From Eledone cirrhosa (lineage: Eukaryota), in the NCBI GenBank assembly GCA_964016885.1, contig OZ024744.1:130696001-130760000 (forward strand): 64,000 nt of DNA, read 5' to 3'. The notes beneath the pieces are model-generated. The model had not been told where the DNA came from and made no database searches. It saw nothing but the letters and a program-made list of their open reading frames with translations. Within the stretch, counting starts at the first letter, position 1, and each line of letters begins with the position of its first letter. A program made the translations under genes and the position numbers. Of this stretch, positions 48,135 through 61,261 are shown piece by piece.

Positions 48135-50696
48135 AGTCGGGGTTAAGTTAAGTTGGCGTTAAGTTAAGTTGGCGTTAAGTTAAGTTAGGCTTAACTTAAG
48201 TTGGGGTTCAGTTAAGTTGGGGGTAAGTTAAGTTGGGGTTCAGTTAAGTTAGGGTTAAGTTAAGTTGGGGTTGAGTAAAGTTGGGGTTAATTAAGTGGTG
48301 GTTATGTTAAGTTGGGGTTAAGTTAAGTTGGGGTTAATTTAAATTGGGGTTAAGTTAACTTTGTGGTTAAGTTAAGTTGGGGTTAAGTTAAGTTGGGGTA
48401 AAGTTGGGGTTGAGTTAAGTTGGGGTTGAGTGAAGTTGGGGTTAAGTTAAGTTGGGGTTAAGTTAAGTTGGGGTTAAGATAAGTCGGGGTTAAGTTAAGT
48501 TGTGGTTGCGTTAAGTTGGGGTTAATTTAAGTTGGGGCTAAGTTAATTTGTGGTTAAGTTAAGTTGGGGTTAAGTTAAGTTGGGGTTAAGTTAAGTTGGG
48601 GTTGAGTTAAGTTGGGGCTGAGTTAATTTGGGTTTAAGTTAAGTTGGGGTTAAGTTAAGTTGGGTTTAAGTTAAGTTGGGGTTAAATTAAGTTGGGGTTA
48701 AATTAAGTTGGGGTTAAGTTAAGTTGGGGGTAAGTTAAGTTGGGGGCAAGTTAAGTTGGGGTTAATTTAAGTTGGGGTTAAATTAAGTTGGGGTTACGTT
48801 AAGTTGGTGTTAAGTTAAGTTGGGGTTAATTTAAGTTGGGGTTAATTAAGTTGGGGTTAAGTTAAGTTGGGGTTAAGTTAAGTTGGGGTTAATTTAAGTT
48901 GGGGTTGAGTTAAGTTGGGGTTAAGTTAAGTTGGGGTTATATTAAGTTGGGGTTAAGTTAAGTTGGGGTTCGGTTAAGTTGGGGTTAAGTTAAGTTGGGG
49001 TTAAGTTAAGTTGAGGTTAAGTTAAGTTGGGGTTAAGTTAAGTTGGTGTTAAGTTAAGTTGGGGCTAAGTTAAGTTGGGGCTGAGTTAAGTTGGGGCTGA
49101 GTTAAGTTGGGGCTAAGTTAAGTTGGGGTTGAGTTAAGTTGGGGTTAAGTTGGGGTTAAGTTAAGTTAGGTTTAAGTTAAGTTGGGGTTAAGTTAAGTTG
49201 GGGTTAAGTTAAGTTGGGGTTAAGTTAAGTTGGGGTTAAGTTAAGTTGGGGTTAAGTTAAGTTGGGGTTAAGTTAAGTTGGGGTTAAGTTAATTTGTGGT
49301 TAAGTTAAGTTGTGGTTAAGTTAAGTTGGGGTTAAGTTAAGTTGGGGTTAAGTTAAGTCGGGGTTAAGTTAAGTTGGGGTTAAGTTAAGTTGGGGTTAAT
49401 TAAGTTGGGGTTAAGTTAAGTTGGGGTTAAGTTAAGTTGGGGTTAATTTAAGTTGGGGTTGAGTTAAGTTGGGGTTGAGTTAAATTGGGGTTGAGTTAAG
49501 TTGGGTTGAGTTAAGTTGGTGTTGAGTTAAGTTGGGGTTAAGTTAAGTTGGGGTTAAATTAAGTTGGGGTTAAATTAAGTTGGGGTTAAGTTAAGTTGGG
49601 GGTAAGTTAAGTTGGGGGCAAGTTAAGTTGGGGTTAATTTAAGTTGGGGTTAAATTAAGTTGGGGTTACGTTAAGTTGGTGCTAAGTTAAGTTGGGGTTA
49701 ATTTAAGTTGGGGTTAATTAAGTTGGGGTTAAGTTAAGTTGGGGTTAAGTTAAGTTGGGGTTAATTTAAGTTGGGGTTGAGTTAAGTTGGGGTTAAGTTA
49801 ATTTGGGGTTATATTAAGTTGGGGTTAAGTTAAGTTGGGGTTCAGTTAAGTTGGGGTTAAGTTAAGTTGGGGTTAAGTTAAGTTGAGGTTAAGTTAAGTT
49901 GGGGTTAAGTTAAGTTGGTGTTAAGTTAAGTTGGGGCTAAGTTAAGTTGGGGCTGAGTTAAGTTGGGGCTGAGTTAAGTTGGGGCTAAATTAAGTTGGGG
50001 TTGAGTTAAGTTGGGGTTAAGTTGGGGTTAAGTTATGTTAGGTTTAAGTTAAGTTGGGGTTAAGTTAAGTTGGGGTTAAGTTAAGTTGGGGTTAAGTTAA
50101 GTTGGGGTTAAGTTAAGTTGGGGTTAAGTTAAGTTGGGGTTAAGTTAATTTGTGGTTAAGTTAAGTTGTGGTTAAGTTAAGTTGGGGTTAAGTTAAGTTG
50201 GGGTTAATTTAAGTTGGGGTTAAGTTAAGTTGGGGTTAAGTTAAGTTGGGGTTAAGTTAAGTTGGGGTTAAGTTAAGTTGGGGATAATTTTAGTTGGGGT
50301 TAAGTTAAGTTTGAGTTTAAGTTAAGTTGGGGTTAAGTTAAGTTGGGGTTAAGTTAAGTTGGGGTTAAGTTAAGTTGGTTAGTTAAGTTGAGTTTAAGTT
50401 AAGTTGGGGTTAATTTAAGTTGGGGTTAAGTTAAGCTGGGGTTAAGTTAAGTTGGGGTTAAGTTAAGTTGGGGTTAATTTAAGTTGGGGTTAAGTTAAGT
50501 TGGGGTTAAGTTAAGTCGGGGTTAAGTTAAGTTGGGGTTAAGTTAAGTTGGGGTTAAGTTAAGTTGGGGTTAAGTTAAGTTGGTTAGTTAAGTTGAGTTT
50601 AAGTTAAGTTGGGGTTAATTTAAGTTGGGGTTAAGTTAAGTTGGGGTTAAGTTAAGTTGGGGTTAAGTTAAGTTGGGGTTAAGTTAAGTTGGGGTT

Positions 50697-50871
50697 AACC
50701 CCAACTTAACTTAACCCCAACTTCACTCAACCCCAACGTAACTCAACCCCAACTTAACTTAACCCCAACTTCACTCAACCCCAACTTAACTTAACCCCAA
50801 CTTCACTCAACCCCAACTTCCAACTTGACTTAACCCCAACTTAACTTAGCCCCAACTTAACTTAAGCCCAA
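50697..50871 (-). repeat. Inverted satellite block 15, haplotype A (downstream flank truncated)
   Basis: Paralogous to block 12 (offset 11764). Confidence 0.97.
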
Positions 50872-53495
50872 AGTCGGGGTTAAGTTAAGTTGGCGTTAAG
50901 TTAAGTTGGGGTTAAGTTAAGTTGGGGTAAAGTTGGGGTTGAGTTAAGTTGGGGTTGAGTGAAGTTGGGGTTAAGTTAAGTTGGGGTTAAGTTAAGTTGG
51001 GGTTGAGTTAAGTTGGGGCTAAGTTAATTTGTGGTTAAGTTAAGTTGGGGTTAAGTTAAGTTGGGGTTAAGTTAAGTTGGGGTTGAGTTAAGTTGGGGCT
51101 GAGTTAATTTGGGTTTAAGTTAAGTTGGGGTTAAGTTAAGTTGGGTTTAAGTTAAGTTGGGGTTAAATTAAGTTGGGGTTAAATTAAGTTGGGGTTAAGT
51201 TAAGTTGGGGGTAAGTTAAGTTGGGGGAAAGTTAAGTTGGGGTTAATTTAAGTTGGGGTTAAATTAAGTTGGGGTTACGTTAAGTTGGTGTTAAGTTAAG
51301 TTGGGGTTAATTTAAGTTGGGGTTAATTAAGTTGGGGTTAAGTTAAGTTGGGGTTAAGTTAAGTTGGGGTTAATTTAAGTTGGGGTTGAGTTAAGTTGGG
51401 GTTAAGTTAAGCTGGGGTTATATTAAGTTCGGGTTAAGTTAAGTTGGGGTTCAGTTAAGTTGGGGTTAAGTTAAGTTGGGGTTAAGTTAAGTTGAGGTTA
51501 AGTTAAGTTGGGGTTAAGTTAAGTTGGTGTTAAGTTAAGTTGGGGCTAAGTTAAGTTGGGGCTGAGTTAAGTTGGGGCTGAGTTAAGTTGGGGCTAAGTT
51601 AAGTTGGGGTTGAGTTAAGTTGGGGTTAAGTTGGGGTTAAGTTAAGTTAGGTTTAAGTTAAGTTGGGGTTAAGTTAAGTTGGGGTTAAGTTAAGTTGGGG
51701 TTAAGTTAAGTTGGGGTTAAGTTAAGTTGGGGTTAAGTTAAGTTGGGGTTAAGTTAATTTGTGGTTAAGTTAAGTTGTGGTTAAGTTAAGTTGGGGTTAA
51801 GTTAAGTTGGGGTTAAGTTAAGTCGGGGTTAAGTTAAGTTGGGGTTAAGTTAAGTTGGGGTTAATTTAAGTTGGGGTTAAGTTAAGTTGGGGTTAAGTTA
51901 AGTTGGGGTTAAGTTAAGTCGGGGTTAAGTTAAGTTGGGGTTAAGTTAAGTTGGGGTTAATTTAAGTTGGGGTTAAGTTAAGTTGGGGTTAAGTTAAGTT
52001 GGGGTTAAGTTAAGTTGGGGTTAAGTTAAGTTGGGGATAATTTAAGTTGGGGTTTATTTAAGTTGGGGTTAAGTTAAGTTGGGGTTCAGTTAAGTTGGGG
52101 TTAAGTTAAGTTGGGGTTAAGATGGGGTTAAATTAAGTTGGGGTTAAGTTAAGTTGGGGTTAAGTTAAGTTGGGGTTAAGTTAAGTTGGGGTTAAGTTAA
52201 GTCGGGGTTAAGTTAAGTCGGGGTTAAGTTAAGTTAGGGTTCAGTTAAGTTGGGGTTAAGTTAAGTTGGGGTTGAGTTAAGTTGGGGTTGAGTTAAATTG
52301 GGGTTGAGTTAAGTTGGGGTTGAGTTAAGTTGGTGTTGAGTTAAGTTGGGGTTAAGTTAAGTTGGGGTTAAATTAAGTTGGGGTTAAATTAAGTTGGGGT
52401 TAAGTTAAGTTGGGGGTAAGTTAAGTTGGGGGCAAGTTAAGTTGGGGTTAATTTAAGTTGGGGTTAAATTAAGTTGGGGTTACGTTAAGTTGGTGTTAAG
52501 TTAAGTTGGGGTTAATTTAAGTTGGGGTTAATTAATGTTGGGGTTAAGTTAAGTTGGGGTTAAGTTAAGTTGGGGTTAAGTTAAGTTGAGGTTAAGTTAA
52601 GTTGGGGTTAAGTTAAGTTGGTGTTAAGTTAAGTTGGGGCTAAGTTAAGTTGGCGCTGAGTTAAGTTGGGGCTGAGTTAAGTTGGGGCTAAGTTAAGTTG
52701 GGGTTGAGTTAAGTTGGGGTTAAGTTGGGGTTAAGTTAAGTTAGGTTTAAGTTAAGTTGGGTTTAAGTTAAGTTGGGGTTAAGTTAAGTTGGGGTTAAGT
52801 TAAGTTGGGGTTAAGTTAAGTTGGGGTTAAGTTAAGTTGGGGTTAAGTTAATTTGTGGTTAAGTTAAGTTGTGGTTAAGTTAAGTTGGGGTTAAGTTAAG
52901 TTGGGGTTAAGTTAAGTCGGGGTTCAGTTAAGTTGGGGTTAAGTTAAGTTGGGGTTAAGTTAAGTTGGGGTTAAGTTAAGTTGGGGTTAAGTTAAGTCGG
53001 GGTTAAGTTAAGTTGGGGTTAAGTTAAGTTGGGGTTAATTTAAGTTGGGGTTAAGTTAAGTTGCGGTTAAGTTAAGTTGGGGTTAAGTTAAGTTGGGGTT
53101 AAGTTAAGTTGGGGATAATTTAAGTTGGGGTTAAGTTAAGTTTGAGTTTAAGTTAAGTTGGGGTTAAGTTAAGTTGGGGTTAAGTTAAGTTGGGGTTAAG
53201 TTAAGTTGGTTAGTTAAGTTGAGTTTAAGTTAAGTTGGGGTTAATTTAAGTTGGGGTTAAGTTAAGCTGGGGTTAAGTTAAGTTGGGGTTAAGTTAAGTT
53301 GGGGTTAATTTAAGTTGGGGTTAAGTTAAGTTGGGGTTAAGTTAAGTAGGGGTTAAGTTAAGTTAGGGTTAAGTTAAGTTGGGGTTAAGTTAAGTTGAGG
53401 TTAAGTTAAGTTGGTTAGTTAAGTTGAGTTTAAGTTAAGTTGGGGTTAATTTAAGTTGGGGTTAAGTTAAGTTGGGGTTAAGTTAAGTTGGGGTT

Positions 53496-53670
53496 AACCC
53501 CAACTTAACTTAACCCCAACTTCACTCAACCCCAACGTAACTCAACCCCAACTTAACTTAACCCCAACTTCACTCAACCCCAACTTAACTTAACCCCAAC
53601 TTCACTCAACCCCAACTTCCAACTTGACTTAACCCCAACTTAACTTAGCCCCAACTTAACTTAAGCCCAA
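53496..53670 (-). repeat. Inverted satellite block 16, haplotype A
   Basis: Same sequence and junctions as block 1. Confidence 0.97.
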
Positions 53671-56600
53671 AGTCGGGGTTAAGTTAAGTTGGCGTTAAGT
53701 TAAGTTGGCGTTAAGTTAAGTTAGGCTTAACTTAAGTTGGGGTTCAGTTAAGTTGGGGGTAAGTTAAGTTGGGGTTAAGTTAAGTTAGGGTTAAGTTAAG
53801 TTGGGGTTGAGTTAAGTTGGGGTTAATTAAGTGGTGGTTATGTTAAGTTGGGGTTAAGTTAAGTTGGGGTTAATTTAAATTGGGGTTAAGTTAACTTTGT
53901 GGTTAAGTTAAGTTGGGGTTAAGTTAAGTTGGGGTAAAGTTGGGGTTGAGTTAAGTTGGGGTTGAGTGAAGTTGGGGTTAAGTTAAGTTGGGGTTAAGTT
54001 AAGTTGGGATTAAGATAAGTCGGGGTTAAGTTAAGTTGTGGTTGAGTTAAGTTGGGGTTAATTTAAGTTGGGGCTAAGTTAATTTGTGGTTAAGTTAAGT
54101 TGGGGTTAAGTTAAGTTGGGGTTAAGTTAAGTTGGGGTTGAGTTAAGTTGGGGCTGAGTTAATTTGGGTTTAAGTTAAGTTGGGGTTAAGTTAAGTTGGG
54201 TTTAAGTTAAGTTGGGGTTAAATTAAGTTGGGGTTAAATTAAGTTGGGGTTAAGTTAAGTTGGGGGTAAGTTAAGTTGGGGGCAAGTTAAGTTGGGGTTA
54301 ATTTAAGTTGGGGTTAAATTAAGTTGGGGTTACGTTAAGTTGGTGTTAAGTTAAGTTGGGGTTAATTTAAGTTGGGGTTAATTAAGTTGGGGTTAAGTTA
54401 AGTTGGGGTTAAGTTAAGTTGGGGTTAATTTAAGTTGGGGTTGAGTTAAGTTGGGGTTAAGTTAAGTTGGGGTTATATTAAGTTGGGGTTAAGTTAAGTT
54501 GGGGTTCAGTTAAGTTGGGGTTAAGTTAAGTTGGGGTTAAGTTAAGTTGAGGTTAAGTTAAGTTGGGGTTAAGTTAAGTTGGTGTTAAGTTAAGTTGGGG
54601 CTAAGTTAAGTTGGGGCTGAGTTAAGTTGGGGCTGAGTTAAGTTGGGGCTAAGTTAAGTTGGGGTTGAGTTAAGTTGGGGTTAAGTTGGGGTTAAGTTAA
54701 GTTAGGTTTAAGTTAAGTTGGGGTTAAGTTAAGTTGGGGTTAAGTTAAGTTGGGGTTAAGTTAAGTTGGGGTTAAGTTAAGTTGGGGTTAAGTTAAGTTG
54801 GGGTTAAGTTAATTTGTGGTTAAGTTAAGTTGTGGTTAAGTTAAGTTGAGGTTAAGTTAAGTTGGGGTTAAGTTAAGTCGGGGTTAAGTTAAGTTGGGGT
54901 TAAGTTAAGTTGGGGTTAATTTAAGTTGGGGTTAAGTTAAGTTGGGGTTAAGTTAAGTTGGGGTTAAGTTAAGTCGGGGTTAAGTTAAGTTGGGGTTAAG
55001 TTAAGTTGGGGTTAATTTAAGTTGGGGTTAAGTTAAGTTGGGGTTAAGTTAAGTTGGGGTTAAGTTAAGTTGGGGTTAAGTTAAGTTGGGGATAATTTAA
55101 GTTGGGGTTAAGTTAAGTTTGAGTTTAAGTTAAGTTGGGGTTAAGTTAAGTTGGGGTTAAGTTAAGTTGGTTAGTTAAGTTGAGTTTAAGTTAAGTTGGG
55201 GTTAATTTAAGTTGGGGTTAAGTTAAGCTGGGGTTAAGTTAAGTTGGGGTTAAGTTAAGTTGGGGTTAATTTAAGTTGGGGTTAAGTTAAGTTGCGGGTA
55301 ATTTAAGTTGGGGTTAAGTTAAGTTGGGGTTAAGTTAAGTTGGGGTTAAGTTAAGTTGGGGTTAAGTTAAGTTGGGGCTAATTTAAGTTGGGGCTGAGTT
55401 AAGTTGGGGTTAAGTTAAGTTGGGGTTAAGTTAAGTTGGGGTTAAGTTAAGTTGGGGTTTATTTAAGTTGGGGTTAATTTAAGTTGGGGTTCAGTTAAGT
55501 TGGGGTTCAGTTAAGTTGGGGTTAAGTTAAGTTGGGGTTAAGATGGGGTTAAATTACGTTGGAGTTAAGTTAAGTTGGGGTTAAGTTAAGTTGGGGTTAA
55601 GTTAAGTTGGGGTTAAGTTAAGTCGGGGTTAATTTAAGTCGGGGTTAAGTTAAGTTAGGGTTCAGTTAAGTTGGGGTTAAGTTAAGTTGGGGTTGAGTTA
55701 AGTTGGGGTTGAGTTAAATTGGGGTTGAGTTAAGTTGGGGTTGAGTTAAGTTGCAGTTAAGTTAAGTTGAGGTTAAGTTAAGGTGCGGTTAAGTTAAGTT
55801 GGGCTTAAGTTAAGTTGGGGCTAAGTTAAGTTGGGGCTCAGTTAAGTTGGGGCTAAGTTAAGTTGGGGTTAAGTTAAGTTGGGGTTAAGTTAAGTCGGGG
55901 TTAAGTTAAGTTGGGGTTAAGTTAAGTTGGGGTTAATTTAAGTTGGGGTTAAGTTATGTTGGGGTTAAGTTAAGTTGGGGTTAAGTTAAGTTGGGTTTAA
56001 GTTAAGTTGGGGTTAAGTTAAGTTGGGGTTGAGTTAAGTTGGGGCTGAGTTAATTTGGGGTTAAGTTAAGTTGGGGTTAAGTTAAGTTGGGTTTAAGTTA
56101 AGTTGGGGTTAAGTTAAGTTGGGGTTGAGTTAAGTTGGGGTTAAGTTGGGGTTAAGTTAAGTTAGGTTTAAGTTAAGTTGGGGTTAAGTTAAGTTGGGGT
56201 TAAGTTAAGTTGTGGTTAAGTTAAGTTGGGGTTAAGTTAAGTTGGGGTTAAGTTAAGTCGGGGTTAAGTTAAGTTGGGGTTAAGTTAAGTTGGGGTTAAT
56301 TTAAGTTGGGGTTAAGTTAAGTTGGGGTTAAGTTAAGTTGGGGTTAAGTTAATTGGGGTTAAGTTAAGTTGGGGTTAAGTTAAGTTGAGGTTAAGTTAAG
56401 TTGGGGTTAAATTAAGTTTGGGTTAAGTTAAGTTGGGGTTAAGTTAAGTTGGGGTTAAGTTAAGTTGGGGTAAGTTAAGTTGGGGATAATTTAAGTTGGG
56501 GTTAAGTTAAGTTGGGTTGAAGTTAAGTTGGGGTTAAGTTAAGTTGGGGTTAAGTTAAGTTGGGGTTAAGTTAAGTTGGGGTTAAGTTAAGTTGGGGCTA

Positions 56601-57407
56601 AGTTAAGTTGGGGCTGAGTTAAGTTGGGGTTAAGTTACGTTGGGGTTAAGTTAAGTTGGGGTTAAGTTAAGTTGGGGTTAATTTAAGTTGGGGTTAAGTT
56701 AAGTTGGGGTTCAGTTAAGTTGGGGTTCAGTTAAGTTGGGGTTAAGTTAAGTTGGGGTTAAGATGGGGTTAAATTACGTTGGAGTTAAGTTAAGTTGGGG
56801 TTAAGTTAAGTTGGGGTTAAGTTAAGTTGGGGTTAAGTTAAGTTGGGGTTAATTAAAGTCGGGGTTAAGTTAAGTTAGGGTTCAGTTAAGTTGGGGTTAA
56901 GTTAAGTTGGGGTTGAGTTAAGTTGGGGTTGAGTTAAATTGGGGTTGAGTTAAGTTGGGGTTGAGTTAAGTTGGTGTTGAGTTAAGTTGGGGTTAAGTTA
57001 AATTGAGGTTAAGTTAAGTTGCAGTTAAGTTAAGTTGAGGTTAAGTTAAGGTGCGGTTAAGTTAAGTTGGGGTTAAGTTAAGTTGGGGCTAAGTTAAGTT
57101 GGGGCTAAGTTAAGTTGGGGCTAAGTTAAGTTGGGGTTAAGTTAAGTTGGGGTTAAGTTAAGTCGGGGTTAAGTTAAGTTGGGGTTAAGTTAAGTTGGGG
57201 TTAATTTAAGTTGGGGTTAAGTTAAGTTGGGGTTAAGTTAAGTTGGGTTTAAGTTAAGTTGGGGTTAAGTTAAGTTGGGGTTAAGTTAAGTTGGGGTTAA
57301 GTTAAGTTGGTTAGTTAAGTTGAGTTTAAGTTAAGTTGGGGTTAATTTAAGTTGGGGTTAAGTTAAGTTGGGGTTAAGTTAAGTTGGGGTTAAGTTAAGT
57401 TGGGGTT

Positions 57408-57582
57408 AACCCCAACTTAACTTAACCCCAACTTCACTCAACCCCAACGTAACTCAACCCCAACTTAACTTAACCCCAACTTCACTCAACCCCAACTTAA
57501 CTTAACCCCAACTTCACTCAACCCCAACTTCCAACTTGACTTAACCCCAACTTAACTTAGCCCCAACTTAACTTAAGCCCAA
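57408..57582 (-). repeat. Inverted satellite block 17, haplotype A
   Basis: Same sequence and junctions as block 1. Confidence 0.97.
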
Positions 57583-59162
57583 AGTCGGGGTTAAGTTAAG
57601 TTGGCGTTAAGTTAAGTTGGCGTTAAGTTAAGTTAGGCTTAACTTAAGTTGGGGTTCAGTTAAGTTGGGGGTAAGTTAAGTTGGGGGTAAGTTAAGTTGG
57701 GGGTAAGTTAAGTTGGGGTTAAGTTAAGTTGCGGTTAAGTTGGGGTTAAGTTAAGTTAGGGTTAAGTTAAGTTGGGGTTGAGTTAAGTTGGGGTTAATTA
57801 AGTGGTGGTTATGTTAAGTTGGGGTTAAGTTAAGTTGGGGTTAATTTAAATTGGGGTTAAGTTAACTTTGTGGTTAAGTTAAGTTGGGGTTAAGTTAAGT
57901 TGGGGTAAAGTTGGGGTTGAGTTAAGTTGGGGTTGAGTGAAGTTGGGGTTAAGTTAAGTTGGGGTTAAGTTAAGTTGGGGTTAAGATAAGTCGGGGTTAA
58001 GTTAAGTTGTGGTTGAGTTAAGTTGGGGTTAATTTAAGTTGGGGCTAAGTTAATTTGTGGTTAAGTTAAGTTGGGGTTAATTTAAGTTGGGGTTAAGTTA
58101 AGTTGGGGTTGAGTTAAGTTGGGGCTGAGTTAATTTGGGTTTAAGTTAAGTTGGGGTTAAGTTAAGTTGGGTTTAAGTTAAGTTGGGGTTAAATTAAGTT
58201 GGGGTTAAATTAAGTTGGGGTTAAGTTAAGTTGGGGGTAAGTTAAGTTGGGGGCAAGTTAAGTTGGGGTTAATTTAAGTTGGGGTTAAATTAAGTTGGGG
58301 TTACGTTAAGTTGGTGTTAAGTTAAGTTGGGGTTAATTTAAGTTGGGGTTAATTAAGTTGGGGTTAAGTTAAGTTGGGGTTAAGTTAAGTTGGGGTTAAT
58401 TTAAGTTGGGGTTGAGTTAAGTTGGGGTTAAGTTAAGTTGGGGTTATATTAAGTTGGGGTTAAGTTAAGTTGGGGTTCAGTTAAGTTGGGGTTAAGTTAA
58501 GTTGGGGTTAAGTTAAGTTGAGGTTAATTTAAGTTGGGGTTAAGTTAAGTTGGTGTTAAGTTAAGTTGGGGCTAAGTTAAGTTGGGGCTGAGTTAAGTTG
58601 AGGCTGAGTTAAGTTGGGGCTAAGTTAAGTTGGGGTTGAGTTAAGTTGGGGTTAAGTTAAGTTAGGTTTAAGTTAAGTTGGGGTTAAGTTAAGTTGGGGT
58701 TAAGTTAAGTTGGGGTTAAGTTAAGTTGGGGTTAAGTTAAGTTGGGGTTAAGTTAAATTGAGGTTAAGTTAAGTTGCAGTTAAGTTAAGTTGAGGTTAAG
58801 TTAAGGTGCGGTTAAGTTAAGTTGGGGTTGAGTTAAGTTGGGGCTAAGTTAAGTTGGGGCTAAGTTAAGTTGGGGCTAAGTTAAGTTGGGGTTAAGTTAA
58901 GTTGGGGTTAAGTTAAGTCGGGGTTAAGTTAAGTTGGGGTTAAGTTAAGTTGGGGTTAATTTAAGTTGGGGTTAAGTTAAGTTGGGGTTAAGTTAAGTTG
59001 GGTTTAAGTTAAGTTGGGGTTAAGTTAAGTTGGGGTTAAGTTAAGTTGGGGTTAAGTTAAGTTGGTTAGTTAAGTTGAGTTTAAGTTAAGTTGGGGTTAA
59101 TTTAAGTTGGGGTTAAGTTAAGTTGGGGTTAAGTTAAGTTGGGGTTAAGTTAAGTTGGGGTT

Positions 59163-59337
59163 AACCCCAACTTAACTTAACCCCAACTTCACTCAACCCC
59201 AACGTAACTCAACCCCAACTTAACTTAACCCCAACTTCACTCAACCCCAACTTAACTTAACCCCAACTTCACTCAACCCCAACTTCCAACTTGACTTAAC
59301 CCCAACTTAACTTAGCCCCAACTTAACTTAAGCCCAA
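59163..59337 (-). repeat. Inverted satellite block 18, haplotype A
   Basis: Same sequence and junctions as block 1. Confidence 0.97.
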
Positions 59338-61086
59338 AGTCGGGGTTAAGTTAAGTTGGCGTTAAGTTAAGTTGGCGTTAAGTTAAGTTAGGCTTAACTT
59401 AAGTTGGGGTTCAGTTAAGTTGGGGGTAAGTTAAGTTGGGGGTAAGTTAAGTTGGGGGTAAGTTAAGTTGGGGTTAAGTTAAGTTGCGGTTAAGTTGGGG
59501 TTAAGTTAAGTTAGGGTTAAGTTAAGTTGGGGTTGAGTTAAGTTGGGGTTAATTAAGTGGTGGTTATGTTAAGTTGGGGTTAAGTTAAGTTGGGGTTAAT
59601 TTAAATTGGGGTTAAGTTAACTTTGTGGTTAAGTTAAGTTGGGGTTAAGTTAAGTTGGGGTAAAGTTGGGGTTGAGTTAAGTTGGGGTTGAGTGAAGTTG
59701 GGGTTAAGTTAAGTTGGGGTTAAGTTAAGTTGGGGTTAAGATAAGTCGGGGTTAAGTTAAATTGTGGTTGAGTTAAGTTGGGGTTAATTTAAGTTGGGGC
59801 TAAGTTAATTTGTGGTTAAGTTAAGTTGGGGTTAAGTTAATTGGGGTTAAGTTAAGTTGGGGTTGAGTTAAGTTGGGGTTGAGTTAATTTGGGGTTAAGT
59901 TAAGTTGGGGTTAAGTTAAGTTGGGTTTAAGTTAAGTTGGGGTTAAGTTAAGTTGGGGTTGAGTTAAGTTGGGGTTAAGTTGGGGTTAAGTTAAGTTAGG
60001 TTTAAGTTAAGTTGGGGTTAAGTTAAGTTGGGGTTAAGTTAAGTTGTGGTTAAGTTAAGTTGGGGTTAAGTTAAGTTGGGGTTAAGTTAAGTCGGGGTTA
60101 AGTTAAGTTGGGGTTAAGTTAAGTTGGGGTTAATTTAAGTTGGGGTTAAGTTAAGTTGGGGTTAAGTTAAGTTGGGGTTAAGTTAATTGGGGTTAAGTTA
60201 AGTTGGGGTTAAGTTAAGTTGAGGTTAAGTTAAGTTGGGGTTAAATTAAGTTTGGGTTAAGTTAAGTTGGGGTTAAGTTAAGTTGGGGTTAAGTTAAGTT
60301 GGGGTAAGTTAAGTTGGGGATAATTTAAGTTGGGGTTAAGTTAAGTTGGGTTGAAGTTAAGTTGGGGTTAAGTTAAGTTGGGGTTAAGTTAAGTTGGGGT
60401 TAAGTTAAGTTGGGGTTAAGTTAAGTTGGGGCTAAGTTAAGTTGGGGCTGAGTTAAGTTGGGGTTAAGTTACGTTGGGGTTAAGTTAAGTTGGGGTTAAG
60501 TTAAGTTGGGGTTAAGTTAAGTCGGGGTTAATTTAAGTCGGGGTTAAGTTAAGTTAGGGTTCAGTTAAGTTGGGGTTAAGTTAAGTTGGGGTTGAGTTAA
60601 ATTGGGGTTGAGTTAAATTGGGGTTGAGTTAAGTTGGGGTTGAGTTAAGTTGGTGTTGAGTTAAGTTGGGGTTAAGTTAAATTGAGGTTAAGTTAAGTTG
60701 CAGTTAAGTTAAGTTGAGGTTAAGTTAAGGTGCGGTTAAGTTAAGTTGGGGTTAAGTTAAGTTGGGGCTAAGTTAAGTTGGGGCTAAGTTAAGTTGGGGC
60801 TAAGTTAAGTTGGGGTTAAGTTAAGTTGGGGTTAAGTTAAGTCGGGGTTAAGTTAAGTTGGGGTTAAGTTAAGTTGGGGTTAATTTAAGTTGGGGTTAAG
60901 TTAAGTTGGGGTTAAGTTAAGTTGGGTTTAAGTTAAGTTGGGGTTAAGTTAAGTTGGGGTTAAGTTAAGTTGGGGTTAAGTTAAGTTGGTTAGTTAAGTT
61001 GAGTTTAAGTTAAGTTGGGGTTAATTTAAGTTGGGGTTAAGTTAAGTTGGGGTTAAGTTAAGTTGGGGTTAAGTTAAGTTGGGGTT

Positions 61087-61261
61087 AACCCCAACTTAAC
61101 TTAACCCCAACTTCACTCAACCCCAACGTAACTCAACCCCAACTTAACTTAACCCCAACTTCACTCAACCCCAACTTAACTTAACCCCAACTTCACTCAA
61201 CCCCAACTTCCAACTTGACTTAACCCCAACTTAACTTAGCCCCAACTTAACTTAAGCCCAA
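61087..61261 (-). repeat. Inverted satellite block 19, haplotype A
   Basis: Same sequence and junctions as block 1. Confidence 0.97.

Larger units (their letters stand above)
23186..52282 (+). repeat. ~11.7-11.8 kb higher-order tandem duplication (copy 1 ~23186-40548, containing an extra 5.58 kb; copy 2 ~40549-52282)
   Basis: Block offsets 30512/42292 (11780), 36196/47960 and 38933/50697 (11764). Private variants are paired: GTTGCGTTAA ~36741/48505, TTCGGT ~37205/48969, TAATTTTAGT ~38521/50285, GGGGGAAAG ~39507/51223, AAGTTCGGG ~39709/51425. Confidence 0.85.
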
